64,000 nt of DNA from Octopus bimaculoides. Its lineage: Eukaryota. The notes under the pieces were generated by a model. That model saw nothing but the letters and a program-made list of their open reading frames with translations, did not search any database and was not told where the DNA came from. The position numbers were made by a program, and so were the translations under genes. This document shows, piece after piece, positions 40,291 through 52,983 of the stretch (the stretch's first letter is position 1; every line of letters begins with the position of its first letter). The stretch covers positions 164,407,413-164,471,412 of the forward strand of contig NC_068982.1 in NCBI RefSeq assembly GCF_001194135.2. The letters are read 5' to 3'.

Positions 40291-40889
40291 TTGGGTCATC
40301 CCATGAATAATGCGTTTTTTAATACTTCTTTTATTTTTCAAAATTAAGATGAACAAAGTTCTTTTTTAATCTATAATATACTCCCCTTCATTTTCTACAA
40401 TGCTCTTCCATCTATCTAGTAGTCTTGCAAAGCAAAGCCCCTCTTTCAAAATTTACTTGTCCGTGCTGAAAAATACTCCTCCAGTCGTATTCTAACCTCG
40501 TCTACAGAATTCATATATTTTCCATCCAAATGATTTTGAAGTCCACGGATAAAATGAACTTCTGGAATCACCGTTGACACTAGCTTACGTTTATTGTCCG
40601 ACCCCCATATGCTGCATTACTATTTCTCGCACTTTCTTTTGCGTTGTTGTCTTTATTGAACCCATAAAGCAAAATATGCCGAATATGTTCCTTTGTAATT
40701 TTTATTATAGCTTTGAAAAATAACTGTTAAATTCGAACTGCACTCTTCAAAACTTGCACTAAGAATAATGACAAGGTAAAATTACTACACTACCTGCTTT
40801 TATGGAATATTGATGCAGGTAGTTTATCCCGACACCTCCGATTTTAGTTCATGCAATTAAAAAAACGCATTATTTATGGGATAATCCAA
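40291..40889 (-). mobile_element. Internally deleted mariner (non-autonomous) with both TIRs
   Basis: TIRs TTGGGTCATCCCATGAATAATGCG and reverse complement TTGGATTATCCCATAAATAATGCG, TA on both sides. The minus strand joins N-terminal KEHIRHILLYGFNK directly to C-terminal LQNHLDGKYMNSVDEVR..RWKSIVENE. Confidence 0.9.
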
Positions 40890-41844
40890 TATTTCTGCTC
40901 TTTCTATTCTGAAAGTGCCCATAGCTAACGCACATAGAATATTTCGCGGAAAGCAGGGATTGGAGCAAGTGTAGAAATTTCGGCTAAATTGCAAAAGAAA
41001 AAATTATTTCCCAAAGTCAAGTAAGGTGTAATTCGGATTTCGAAATATGTACAGTGAGTTTCAAGTCAAAAGGAAAGTTTCCGGTCACAGAGAAGCAGCT
41101 CGATTTTGAACTGTAGAAAGAAAGCGAAGATTATTACAACTTAATGCTGGTTGGTTTAATTCGGAACAAGAACCAAATGCTGCAAAATAGCCAGAAAAAT
41201 ACAATGCTTAAAGTAAAAACAACAGGATTAATAGGAAGAGAAGAACATGAATAAAAAAAACAACAAAAAAGAAAAAAAGAAACAAAAGCATGTCCTCGAA
41301 AAGAAAGCACACGGATAACTCAAAGAATGGAAAACAAAGATGCAGACGAAGAACAAGAAATTAAGTTAATTTGTAATGATTGTCGAAGAAAGTGTAAACA
41401 AAATCAGTATTAACGGAAGACAAAGAAATGCAAATATTATGAAACCAGAAGAAACATGTAGAATTTCAAAATAATAGAATCAACAATATTACATTTAAAA
41501 TATTGCTGCGTAGGAATATTGTTTAATAAAATCGTAGCACAAAATATTGCTTCAATTCATCCAAAAGACGGTAGATTCAATGACAACTGTCACAAAGATA
41601 AATATTGTCAGACCAAAGGTAAATACCATCATATTTTGTAATTGATGAGCAGCCCGTAAGGGATCCAACATTCTTAATGTCAATTACATCTTTAACTCAG
41701 CACTTTTCCTGTTCATAACCAAATCAATTATTAAAGGAGAATCTTAACACTTCATCATCTTCGCGTATATCATTCCGAAGCAGACATTGATATTGAATTA
41801 CAGAATCAGATTAATGAGTGTTGCATCCTTGAAATTATTATCAC

Positions 41845-42012
41845 TTTAGGCATCTTTATGTTCTAATTGCAAATCCTGTTGCGGTCAACTTTGTCTTTTA
41901 TCTATCCAAGGTTGATAAAATAAAGCAGCAATCTAGTACTGGGGTCGCTAGTATAGACTAACCAGTCTCATAGAAAACTGCTGGCTTTGTGCCAAATTAG
42001 AGAGCAATTATT
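41845..42012 (+). mobile_element. SINE type B fragment (degenerate)
   Basis: GTTGATAAAATAA, GTACTGGGGTCG and CTGCTGGCTTTGTGCCAAATT align with the 27048-27255 copy. Confidence 0.55.
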
Positions 42013-42386
42013 AGATGAGATCATCAAACAACCTTTAAAGTCTTGCTCATTAAATCTTATGCGAAACTAAAAGAGAACAACCTCAACAAAGAGCAATGAC
42101 ATAATATTCCAACTCCACTAATGAAAAATGGTACTGATAAGAAACGAAACACTCACTGAAGACAATATAACTCTTCGCATTGTGTCTGAAATAGCAATGA
42201 CTTTAGGAATATGATCAGAAACATTCTACCTTAATGTGGGTTTTTGCATTCAAAGTTTGTAATCAAGAAACCTTTCTCTTTAATTTGAAGATATTGACCT
42301 AATTAGTTCCACATCTTTTAGTATCTATGGAGAACTTTGTTGGCAAAAAATACTGAACATTATTCATGAAATAACGAATTGCATAC

Positions 42387-42435
<49 letters not shown>

Positions 42436-43504
42436 CAGGCCTATTCCCCATTGTTTAAGAGGGGATAGCCACAAGAAGACACACACTAGTCATTCCCTTC
42501 ATTTTCCAGATTGAGCATAATAAATGTTGTAAAAGCTGATGTAAGATACTTGAGGAAGCATACTCAAACAGATATTAAAGAATGCGTAATCTTTACAAAA
42601 TTTCCGAATACCAGTGTGCAAACTGGCTACATTTGACAGCAGATACAGTATTTCTTAAGTAAAAGAAAACAAAACATTTCAGTTTCGTATGTATCTACCA
42701 TATCAATACAGATGTATACTCACTATTGAAACCGAACAAATGCAACTTCTAACGCATGCATTTTCAAACTAAAATTTACGATTGCGTGGCTGTTTTGTAA
42801 TGAACAAGGAATTGTTAACGGTGGAGCTTTGTAGTACTTAACAGAAAGTATTTGACTGACAATTACGAAACTAAATGCGTGGCAAATAGTAATTTCAAGA
42901 ATGGCAGTTAATTTGAAAAGATAACAATGTATGTATTTCACTGAAGGAAAAGAAAGATAAGCCTCAGAAGCCATAAATGAATTGCCAGCGTGCTTTCCTT
43001 TGAAACATGATGCGCTGACGTGATGCCTGTACTAGTCATTCATTACATACCATGATTTTGACAAGAAAACTATAATATGGAAACCAAGAATCAGATACTC
43101 CGTTAAAACCATTCCCAAAATATATACTGTCAGTTGTATTGAAACTGAATGCTTCCATCTGAGAATATTATTTCTGAGTGTGAAAAGAACAGCTAGTTTC
43201 GAGTATCTGCGGACATTGAATAAGGTGTGTACGCAACTTTTCAAGAACTTGCAGAACAACGAAATTTAATAAACAGTGAAGATAAATGAGTTCGGTACAT
43301 AGCTTCTTCCGATGATCTCTCTTCTCATATCAGCTTTTAACTTACATTGATATCCTCTGTAAAGTAATCCTAAAATACAATGAAACATTATCAGGAAATG
43401 ATCATAGAAAATTACATTAACCGAGACAATTCATTGTAAATACAACATAATAAATAATTGAAAAACATGGAATGTAAATAATATAAATAATCAATATGAT
43501 GGTA

Positions 43505-43598
43505 ACAATAGTTGTAGTAGGAGTAGTAGAAGTAGAAGTAGTAGTATTAGTAGTAGTAAGTAGTAGTAGTTGTCGTTGTTGTTGTTGTTGTTGTTGTA
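43505..43598. repeat. (AGT)n/(GTT)n microsatellite
   Basis: Direct inspection; adjoins the 3' end of the minus-strand SINE. Confidence 0.93.
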
Positions 43599-43604
43599 GT
43601 TTTT

Positions 43605-43765
43605 TTCTCATATAGGCACCAGGGCTCAAATGTGGATTGGGACCTAGTTGATTGCATCGGATGGTACTTGTTTCACAGACTCCTAAATGGCACAGTCGAC
43701 CTCAGACGGAGAAAATCCCGCTAAGCATTTTGTCCGGCGTGGTAATGATTCTAGTTGCTGTTCGC
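43605..43765 (-). mobile_element. SINE type B (degenerate)
   Basis: Minus strand AGAATCATTACCACGCCGGACAAAATGCTTAGCGG..GAGGTCGACT..AACAAGTACC. Confidence 0.6.
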
Positions 43766-43773
43766 CTGGTAAT

Positions 43774-45503
43774 GCAAGATTGCAAAGGAAGAAGAACAAA
43801 TCTGGGAATGGTTAGACTGACTATAGCAAAGCTTATGATATGACTCCACATTTGTAGATCATCGAGTGCTTAGAACTGTTTGGAGTTGCGTGGAATGGAA
43901 CATATTTCCTGAAGAGAAATGTGGGATGGAAAACTGAACTGACATCTTACAGAAAAAGCCTGGGCACCTTGGGTATCAACTGAGGGATTTTCCAGGATGA
44001 TAGACTATCTCCGTTACATTTTGTTCTCTGCATGATATCCTTAAGCTTAGGAAAATTAAACTGGGGTACCAACAAAAGGGAAAACACCAAGCAATCAACC
44101 ACCTCCGCTTCATGGATGATTTTAAACAGTATGGCAAAGATGAGACACAAGTGAGTTCCTTAGTGAACACGGTTCACTGTTTTACTAGATATTAGAATGG
44201 AAATTGGACTCAAGAAGTGCGGAATAATCTACTTAAAAAGAAGCAAGAAACAGTCCCTAGCAGCGATAAAATTACCGAATAGAGACTTGATTAAGCAAAT
44301 TGAAACGGAAGGATACAAATACTTTGGTGTACTAGTGTTCGACGAGATAATGGAAAAGGAAATGAAAGAGCAACTGAGGATAGAGTATTTACGAAGACTG
44401 AGGTTGGTGTTGCGCTCAAACTTGACTAGATGGAATAACATCCAAGTGGTTAATATGTGGGCAATTGCTACATTTAGGTACGGAGAGAATTATATAATGG
44501 CAAAATAGAGAATTGAAAAATGGATACCAAGACCAGAAAAATGTTGAAACTACACGGAGAGTTCCACACTAAGAGTGACACCTAAAGGATGTACTTATCT
44601 TAGGTGTACTTAGAAGAAAGAGTGGGTAGGTTTGATCAGTTGCCAGGACTGTATCAAAGCAGGGGAAAATAGCTTAGGCTGGTATATAAAAAATGCCGTA
44701 GAGCCACTCTTGAAGCACACGAAGAATTCTGGCATCATTAAAACTGAAAATTGTGTAATGAAAGAAAAATTTAAACGAGTAATGAACAAAAGAAGAAATA
44801 AAACGTTAGAAGGGAAAGAAAATGTACGGTCAGATTGCAAGAGATGTGAACGACAAAAGGTGGCTATGGATGAAGGAGAGTGACCTGGAGATAGAGACAG
44901 AAACATTCATATGCACAGCTCAGGAACAAGCGATAAGGAGCAACTATATGATGTGCAGAATAGGCAACACTACCGATAGCGACAAATGCAGAATGTGTGG
45001 TGACAGAGGTGAATCGGTATGGTACATCGTTAGCGAATGCCCGAAATTGGCATAACGCGAATACAAAAGATGACAAGACAATGTTGCAAGAATTATCATT
45101 TGGGAGCTCTGTGGGAATCACGGATAACAAAGAGCAAAGACGTGGTATCAGAAAACTCCAGGAGTCACCAAAAATGAGAATTGCAATGATCCACAATGAT
45201 CATCCAACAACTATGACGATTCGAAGTGGGAAATACGAAGTTTGTGTCAATGAAGAGAGTAGACGTTATACCAATAATTGCTGCCTTTGAAGTATCCGCA
45301 CTCAACTACCATCATGACTGAAAAAGATCGGTGCAAGTGTGAAGGTAGAACACCTACAAAACTCAGCATTGCTTGGAACTACAAGAATTATTCGCAGGCT
45401 TCCTGAAGCATGACTAGTAAACAAGTGTCACCTAAGTCTGCTGTCTGTGGATAGCTGACACTTTTATCATACCCAGTAAAATAAGCTGTGAGTTTTCATC
45501 ACA
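43774..45503 (+). mobile_element. Dong/R4-clade non-LTR retrotransposon (RT, zinc knuckle, partial RLE, 3' UTR), 5'-truncated and disrupted
   Basis: DCKGRRTNL..DYSKAYDM.PH, GIFQDDRLSPL, FMDDFK, GYKYFGV, CRMCGDRGESVWYIVSECPKLA and SALLGTTRIIR; the 3' UTR ends directly in (AAC)n(AAT)n. Confidence 0.85.
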
Positions 45504-45535
45504 CAACAACAACAACAACAACAACAACAATAATA

Positions 45536-45579
<44 letters not shown>
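45504..45579. repeat. (AAC)n(AAT)n microsatellite
   Basis: Direct inspection. Confidence 0.97.
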
Positions 45580-46092
45580 GCCCTGATTGGAAGTGCTATC
45601 ATGTAAATTGTTTTGTCTTGGTATAAAAGATGGGCTACAGTAAAAATCCTGCACAATACCACAGATTTGCTTGTCAGTTGTTTGACCTTGACCACTTGAG
45701 CATGTCCCTCAATGGCTGACGATATGTGCATCTCTGATCATGAGCAGAAGTCGTGGTGGAGCATCATAGCCCTGTGTTGAGAGGAATTGTTTGGGGTTTC
45801 GATAATTTACCTTTGGAATCATGAGTGTTTCGTTCAACATCCTTAAACAACCCTTATTCAGGGACCATTTGAGTGGGATGGGCTACTGGACCTGAAGAAA
45901 ATTCTAACTGGGCCCCACCTGTGAGGTCATGCGCTGTTTATCTTGATATGAGATCACCATGTCGCGCACATATAGTTGTGATGCATGTGTCTGTTGTACC
46001 CTTATCAGACGGGTAGTCACATGATGGGTATACTGGGCTTCGTATATTTTATCCCAGTGTCATTTTGATGTCATGCACTAATCTTTGACTCA

Positions 46093-46093
<1 letters not shown>
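45580..46093 (+). mobile_element. Non-coding ~510-bp interspersed element bounded by (AAT)n on both sides
   Basis: Alignable throughout with the reverse complement of 53137-53640; no recognisable ORF or tRNA head. Confidence 0.8.

Positions 46094-46131
<38 letters not shown>
46094..46131. repeat. (AAT)n microsatellite
   Basis: Direct inspection. Confidence 0.97.
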
Positions 46132-46132
<1 letters not shown>

Positions 46133-47035
46133 ACTAACGTATTGATCTTTTCAAGAGAAGTAGTAGCTACTAGAAGATTAAATAATCCACAAGGAAAGAT
46201 TAAAAACGTACAAACATGGGAAAGGAGATTACAAAATAAAGTGATAGCCAGACAGTAAGAAAGACAAACAACAACATAAATGATACAGATCAAACCATAG
46301 ACGAACCCAAAGAAAAAATAATAACAGCGCTACCAATAAGGAAGGCACAAGTGACACCAGTGACTTAAGTGATTTAAATAAAGAATAACAGAAGATTTTA
46401 GATGAGTTGCAGTAAGTAATGAATAAAGAAGTAAAAAGAAGATTGCCAGCGTTAAAATGTACCAATAGAAGGAGGCTGCTAGATATGATTAGGAAATTAG
46501 ATTCTGTTATCAGTTGGATAGATAACAAAAATATAAGAGATACTAATTTACTGATTTATGCACGAGGGGTAGTATTTACTAGCAGATTAGATAATCCGCA
46601 AAGAAAAATTAAAAAAGAGCAAATGTGAAAAAGGAGATTACAAAATAAAATGAAGACTTTAAAACAAGATCTGAGAAGAATAGAAGTCTAGAAACTGAAC
46701 AAGTTAGGAAACACAAGATGAAAATCTTCACTTGAGAAAATATACCTTGTCAAAGAGAAAGGCTTTGCGACAGTTATGGAAGAGTTTTAAACAGCGTATC
46801 ATTGCAGCTGCAGGTAAGCCCTCCAGATATCAGAAAAAAGTAGATCAGTATCAACAGAATAGATTATATGAAATAGACCAGAGGCGATTTTATAACCAAA
46901 TAAATAGGGGAGAAAGAAGTACCTAATGCAGATGAGAAAAACCTAATGCAGAAGAAGCCTGAAAATTCTGGAGTCATATTTGGGATAAACCAATCGATCA
47001 CAATGGAGATGCAGCTAGTGACCTGAAGTCGGTGG
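46132..47035 (+). mobile_element. Dong/R4-clade element, pre-RT ORF region (disrupted)
   Basis: RRLPALK..TNLLIYA, RRLQNK, KQRIIAAAGK.SRYQKKVDQYQQNRLYEIDQRRFY, KFWSHIWDKPIDHNGDA. Confidence 0.75.
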
Positions 47036-48072
47036 GCAGGTACCTCCACTTCCAGGGTCACTCCCAGTTAACATGCATCCCAACCTTAAATATGTTATGC
47101 ATTTAAAAAAGACAAAAACAAGGTCACCGCTTTAATGGCTTTTCTATAGGCATTTGAGACTATGTAAATCATTTTTCAGCATTGGATTACTTGGAGAAAC
47201 CCTGCATTAGCCTGTTTGAGAACATGATGTCATTTGGGAAATTTTTTCTCATTTGATTATATTTCTTTTCTAAGAGGGGTATAGATATGAAATAATCTTG
47301 CGATCATCAGGAATCATCTCCTTGAGATAACATACTAAACACGTGGTCGGTTAGTATATATCTCATTAACATACATCTCTCTTTAAGCGGTACCTCGGTA
47401 TATGATCTGTGCATGATGCACCACCTTTGTTTCAACCATCATGTTTCCGTGGATCTCGCTTCATGACATCTAATACTTCTTAAATTTACTCTTTTGGCGA
47501 TTATGAAAACTCCCTCCATTTTCTGAGAAGAAGAGATATATCACTTCCTTATCTATCTCCTCGACTTCCTCTGCCAAGGTAGTACATTTTATCATTATAG
47601 TTATATATAGATATATCACATGTTATTTTCTTTCAGGGTTCTGGTCATAGCATTTGTTTCAAACTTGTTTTCATTACTTTCGTTGTTAAAATTTGCTATC
47701 ACCAGATGCATAAGTCCAGGTGTCAATGCTTACAAAAGATTCTGTTTCTAGGACTCTAATTTTCCTGTGTACTGTTCACAGTATCAGTGGCTATGACTGT
47801 AGCTCTACTTTCACCTTTAAATGACTATTTTTCTGGTTTTCATTTTTAATAATTTTGCTTTTGTTTTAGGGCGTAGCTGTTACCATCGTCTCTCGAATCA
47901 GTATCTCTAATGCTACGAAGAAGCAAAAAATTCATTAGCAAACAAAATTTATAGAGATAAAAATGAAATAAGATGTTCAAGACAAACCTTATTTTCAGCC
48001 TGATGGTACAAAGTACCCGACACTCAGCCATTGCGAAGTCGCTTAAGAAACAAATAGACATTTTCTTCCACT

Positions 48073-48690
48073 AAACTAGAAAAGCACTCGGAGAGCGCAG
48101 ACCTCCGCCAAGCAGCTCATTTCCACCCATATACACGCATGCTGAAAATCGCCCAATTTCCNNNNNNNNNNAAACCTTTAAAAACAGGAATCATCTGAAA
48201 CAGTTATAATACATCAATGACAACAGCAAGCTAGTTTCACAGCTTGAGATTTTTGAGTCGATCCCAATAATTAAGGCTTGTCATGTAATCCTCCGCAGAC
48301 CTCCGCCAAGCAGCTCATTTTAAGATAGATACGCGAGTAAAATTACTAATAGAGAAACGAAAAAAACTTTGGAAACATCAACGCCAACACAGATTAAGAG
48401 GAAACGATGAACGTGTTTTCAAGGGAGATAATCAAAGAAAGTAACATTGTAATACTTCATGTAAAGTAAATATAACAAATGAAAAATCCTTCAAGAATCC
48501 ATAAAACTTCCCGGATCACTACCAAAATGTCATCATCTGTTCCTTATGTCATTAACAACTTTTCCTGAAAGTTTCATCAAATACCATTCAAAACATTTTG
48601 AGTTATTTTGCACACAGACAAACAGACGGACAGACGGACAAACCAACGCCGATGAAAACATAACCGCCTTCCTTGTTGGAGGTAATAAAA
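48073..48690 (+). mobile_element. Helentron-like (HINE/DINE-type) non-autonomous element
   Basis: Subterminal inverted repeats CTCCGCCAAG (48103) and CTTGTTGGAG (48672), an internal CAGACAAACAGACGGACAGACGGAC microsatellite near the 3' end, and a GGAGGTAATAA terminus; no coding capacity. Confidence 0.6.
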
Positions 48691-48739
48691 ACTAGAACTT
48701 TTCCTGAGACGTTTCTTCAAATGAAAAAAAAAGAACACG

Positions 48740-48895
48740 ATCACCACCACGACCGCCACAACAACCACCACCACCGCCACTACCAACAACAACTACAACA
48801 GCAATAACGACGATGACAACAACGACGATTACGTAGACGATGACAGCAAAGATGATGACAATGGGGACTACGGCGATGATGATTATGATGATTCC
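48740..48895. repeat. Degenerate ACC/AAC/GAT trinucleotide tract
   Basis: Direct inspection. Confidence 0.75.
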
Positions 48896-49469
48896 GGATA
48901 TAAGAACCTATACTGAAACTGATGATTTAATCAAAATAACAGTTGTGAAGGTTATAAGACTCACAATTAATTACTATTCATAGTGGAACAATCACACTTA
49001 TATTTTTCGCAAACTATCATGCATATTATGCGTGGAAGATAATCATTTAAAATAATTTCCTTCGTTAAAGTGAGACACGGAAGATTTAAGTCGTTCGGTT
49101 TAAATTAACAAACATGATTTAGTTGGTTTATAAATATTGCATTGTTGAACAACAATTGTTTGAAAGAAAAATAGAAGTGTTGACAATATCATTTATACTG
49201 TGACGTGTCTACGTAAAAGCTTATCGCCACATAAGAGGGCAGCTGCCTTGGTAATGTTGATTTTCATTCATTGTCGTCTTTAATGTTTTGCAGAAGAGAA
49301 GATCTTACATTAAATTTCTTAATTTCAAAAGAAATATTAAATTGCTCTGTGAATTTAAAATGTCGATCTATGTCTTTCTGTGATTCTTAGAATTCATATT
49401 TTGTCATAGGTGTTCTGAAGTTGTCATTCTGACAAAAGATTTAGGAATGTATGTACTGAAAATATCAAT

Positions 49470-49504
<35 letters not shown>

Positions 49505-50259
49505 NNNNNNNNNNNNNNNNNNNNNNNNNNNNNNNNNNNNNNNNNNNNNNNNNNNNNNNNNNNNNNNNNNNNNNNNNNNNNNNNNNNNNNNNNNNNNNNN
49601 NNNNNNNNNNNNNNNNNNNNNNNNNNNNNNNNNNNNNNNNNNNNNNNNNNNNNNNNNNNNNNNNNNNNNNNNNNNNNNNNNNNNNNNNNNNNNNNNNNNN
49701 NNNNNNNNNNNNNNNNNNNNNNNNNNNNNNNNNNNNNNNNNNNNNNNNNNNNNNNNNNNNNNNNNNNNNNNNNNNNNNNNNNNNNNNNNNNNNNNNNNNN
49801 NNNNNNNNNNNNNNNNNNNNNNNNNNNNNNNNNNNNNNNNNNNNNNNNNNNNNNNNNNNNNNNNNNNNNNNNNNNNNNNNNNNNNNNNNNNNNNNNNNNN
49901 NNNNNNNNNNNNNNNNNNNNNNNNNNNNNNNNNNNNNNNNNNNNNNNNNNNNNNNNNNNNNNNNNNNNNNNNNNNNNNNNNNNNNNNNNNNNNNNNNNNN
50001 NNNNNNNNNNNNNNNNNNNNNNNNNNNNNNNNNNNNNNNNNNNNNNNNNNNNNNNNNNNNNNNNNNNNNNNNNNNNNNNNNNNNNNNNNNNNNNNNNNNN
50101 NNNNNNNNNNNNNNNNNNNNNNNNNNNNNNAATATTAGTAATAACAATCGTTATAAATGTTTCACTACATGTATACAGTCTATATTTTGTTCTGAATTTT
50201 TATTGAATATGAGTCTTTTCCACTCGTACGAAAAAGAACAAATATATTTGTACACACCT

Positions 50260-50345
50260 TCATACATGCACACACACACACACAGACACATACACACACA
50301 CACACACACACGCACACACACACACACACACATACACACACACAA
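50260..50345. repeat. Imperfect (CA)n microsatellite
   Basis: Direct inspection. Confidence 0.92.
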
Positions 50346-50939
50346 AGAAACATGTGCGCACAGTTATACAGAAACGTGCATATCTGTATGTATGAAAGCA
50401 TTTATGCGTAACTCTTTGCGATTTAATTTAAACCTTTTCCTGTGTGATCACTGGCAATGGGGTAAGACTCTGTTGTTTACTTCTTGGCAGCTCTTGATGC
50501 TCATAGTTACATGAATTGGTTGGTGTATACTTATGTGTGTGCATGTTGCGCGTATGTGTATTTGAGTGGATACACGTGCACTCGGTGATATGTATGTCAC
50601 AATAGAATAAAGGGCGTATCTTTCATTACTGTTTGTGCAAGTATATGTATTCTATATATGTATTCGACTGTTTCAATACGTTTATGCAGGTATCCCTAAA
50701 AAGCACTGAAATGTTTTAGAAGTTTTCACTGTTTCTCTTATCCACGGTATTTGGAAAATGCGTGTCAGCCTGCCTTGTTCTTCTTCAGAGAAACTGAGCG
50801 TTTCTGAGTTTCCGACTTCGCAGCTATGCAACAGAGTGTACTAGACTACATTTTACTTGCAGCATTATAAAAAGTTGATAAACTGCATTTTACAGTACAA
50901 CCGATTGCAATGACATATGCAATAACATTCTAATCTAGG

Positions 50940-52930
50940 CTGTTTGCTTAGATTATTACATTCTGATTTTTAAATTCTGCTGAGGTTAACGTCATCCTTA
51001 AGCCTTCTATGATCGATGAAATGAAATACTATTCAAGTACTGACGACATTCTAATTGTCTAGCACCTCGGCACCAAACCTGTTGGCATTGTGTCTACGTT
51101 GAAAATGATTGTTATTATTATCATTAGGGTGATCGATTAATATAATCTTTAGAATTCGGATAAAATGTATTCTATGATAAATTCTGGTTTCGTTGCTTTA
51201 GTAGTGTTGTCAGTTTCTTTAGAAAATCCTGTTAATCTAGTAATCATCGTTCACCATAACAGTCTCTGCCTCACGTTAATACAATTTCATTGTTACTCCA
51301 TATCCGCAAATTGAGTTATGATCCCAATGCACTTTTTTTTAACTACCCACTCATGCTTCGTTTATACATTCTTATGCTTTCTTACTGCACTAGCTTAGCA
51401 AGTAGTCAATACTTTTGTTTACTTTATTCTTCACAATGTGATTGTGACCTGACAGAATTTTATCAATATTTGTCCGTGTGAAATTCATTTTTCTTGGCTT
51501 GTTCTTTAAATTAGCAATTCAGTTTTCGATTTCAGGCTTCCATATTTTAAATATAAGTAGAATTCCTTCTCCAAAATAGCTTAGCATTTTGCATAGCTCG
51601 TCCATGTAACTCTTTCTTTATCCAGATGTTTCTGTTATCATTTTTTACAGTTTTGGAAACGTTGCACAACTTTAGAAAAAGCTTTGATATTTATAACTGC
51701 AAATAACAGATTCCTAAGCCCCAAACCATAGCATGTACACTGTGTTTTACATTTAAATAACTTCTGACATCTTCCATTTTTGTTGAAAAAGAAACTGACG
51801 ATATTACATTTACAGTGATTCCGTAGCTGAAAATGATGTGGTGAATTGTGCCATTGTATTGACAACATAATATGTTCTTTCTGCTTCATTATTCTATTTA
51901 TATCATTATTTGTACTTAGGTTTTGGTTTTCTGTATATTTTAAAACCTATTGTTCCATACAAGAGTTTGTGATAGTTTGCATTTTATATTTTTAATATAT
52001 ATTCGATTCTGTTTTTGTCCTTATCTAAACCTTGTTTTTCCAGTGAAGATAGCTTTTAGCATGTTTTTCATTGATTCTTAAGATACTCCTTTTGTCTGCT
52101 TCTCAGTATTATTCTAGACTCATTATATTATTACATTAACTTTCTGTTTGTATAATATCCCGTCTGTCTTTTGCATGACGAAAGTGCATTCTGCCCATAC
52201 CAGTTTTGGAAATGATATCTTCAGAACGCTATTAGTTTCTTATTTCTATGTTCAAATTCTGTAATTCTCTTAACTCCTTATGTAATATACTGAAGAGTTA
52301 TTTTAAAATTAGACGGGCAGTGTATTTATTCTGGTTATCCTATTTCTACAGGTGACTTCAGTTTTTAATATTATTTTAACTCTTCTGTTGTATTCTTTGC
52401 TAATTCCCCCCATTAATTTCTATGAATTGTATTTTATCTGTTTTATCTTCGCTTTAGTATTTGCATTGACGGGTCTGTTCAAATTCGCATATTTCTGTAT
52501 CTTTTGTATCTAATTTAATGCTCTTAGCTTTAGTTGATGTGTCTTTTATTACAAAAGCTTTGGCAATATTCTCTGGTGAAATAATAATTTTTATATCTTG
52601 CCTGAATTTAGGGAAATTTAAAATTGCTTTGGCATCTTAGTATTGATCCTTGTAAAAATCCAGATAAATAATATGCTTTCTACTTTCCGCGCAGGATTTT
52701 AACCATTTTAACCATTTTAACCATTTTAACCATTTTAATCATTTTAACCATTTATTAATGGGGGTCACAATATGCCATCATGACGATCCACAAGGTTTCT
52801 TTTTCTCCTTATGAATGCAAGACTGTTGTGATAATATTCGTTTTGCTTTATAATGCATTCATAAATGCTTTTCTGTACTCTTTTGACATAGCAATTTTGC
52901 TGTTCTATTGGAGTTACTTAGGAGAAGCCA
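50940..52930 (-). mobile_element. Old Dong/R4-clade relic (N-terminal region joined to post-RT, zinc-knuckle and RLE region)
   Basis: Minus strand, in order: KELHGR (51598-51615), YLKYGSLKSKTE, SIDYLLS*CSK, VHWD, ETDNTTKATKPEFII (cf. TDREIKANRPDIVV at 55.4 kb). No RT core seen; limits are approximate. Confidence 0.55.
52697..52753. repeat. 9-bp tandem repeat (TTTTAACCA) x6
   Basis: Six units, one with a C>T change. Confidence 0.95.
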
Positions 52931-52937
52931 TCGTCAT

Positions 52938-52983
<46 letters not shown>

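Noticed and set aside
40940-40955. TTTCGCGG E2F-like site in unique sequence
   Set aside because: A single short motif with no supported downstream gene.
47150-47800. Possible further R4 fragment on the minus strand (EEIDKEV..NGGSFH)
   Set aside because: Only one faint motif; could not extend it convincingly.
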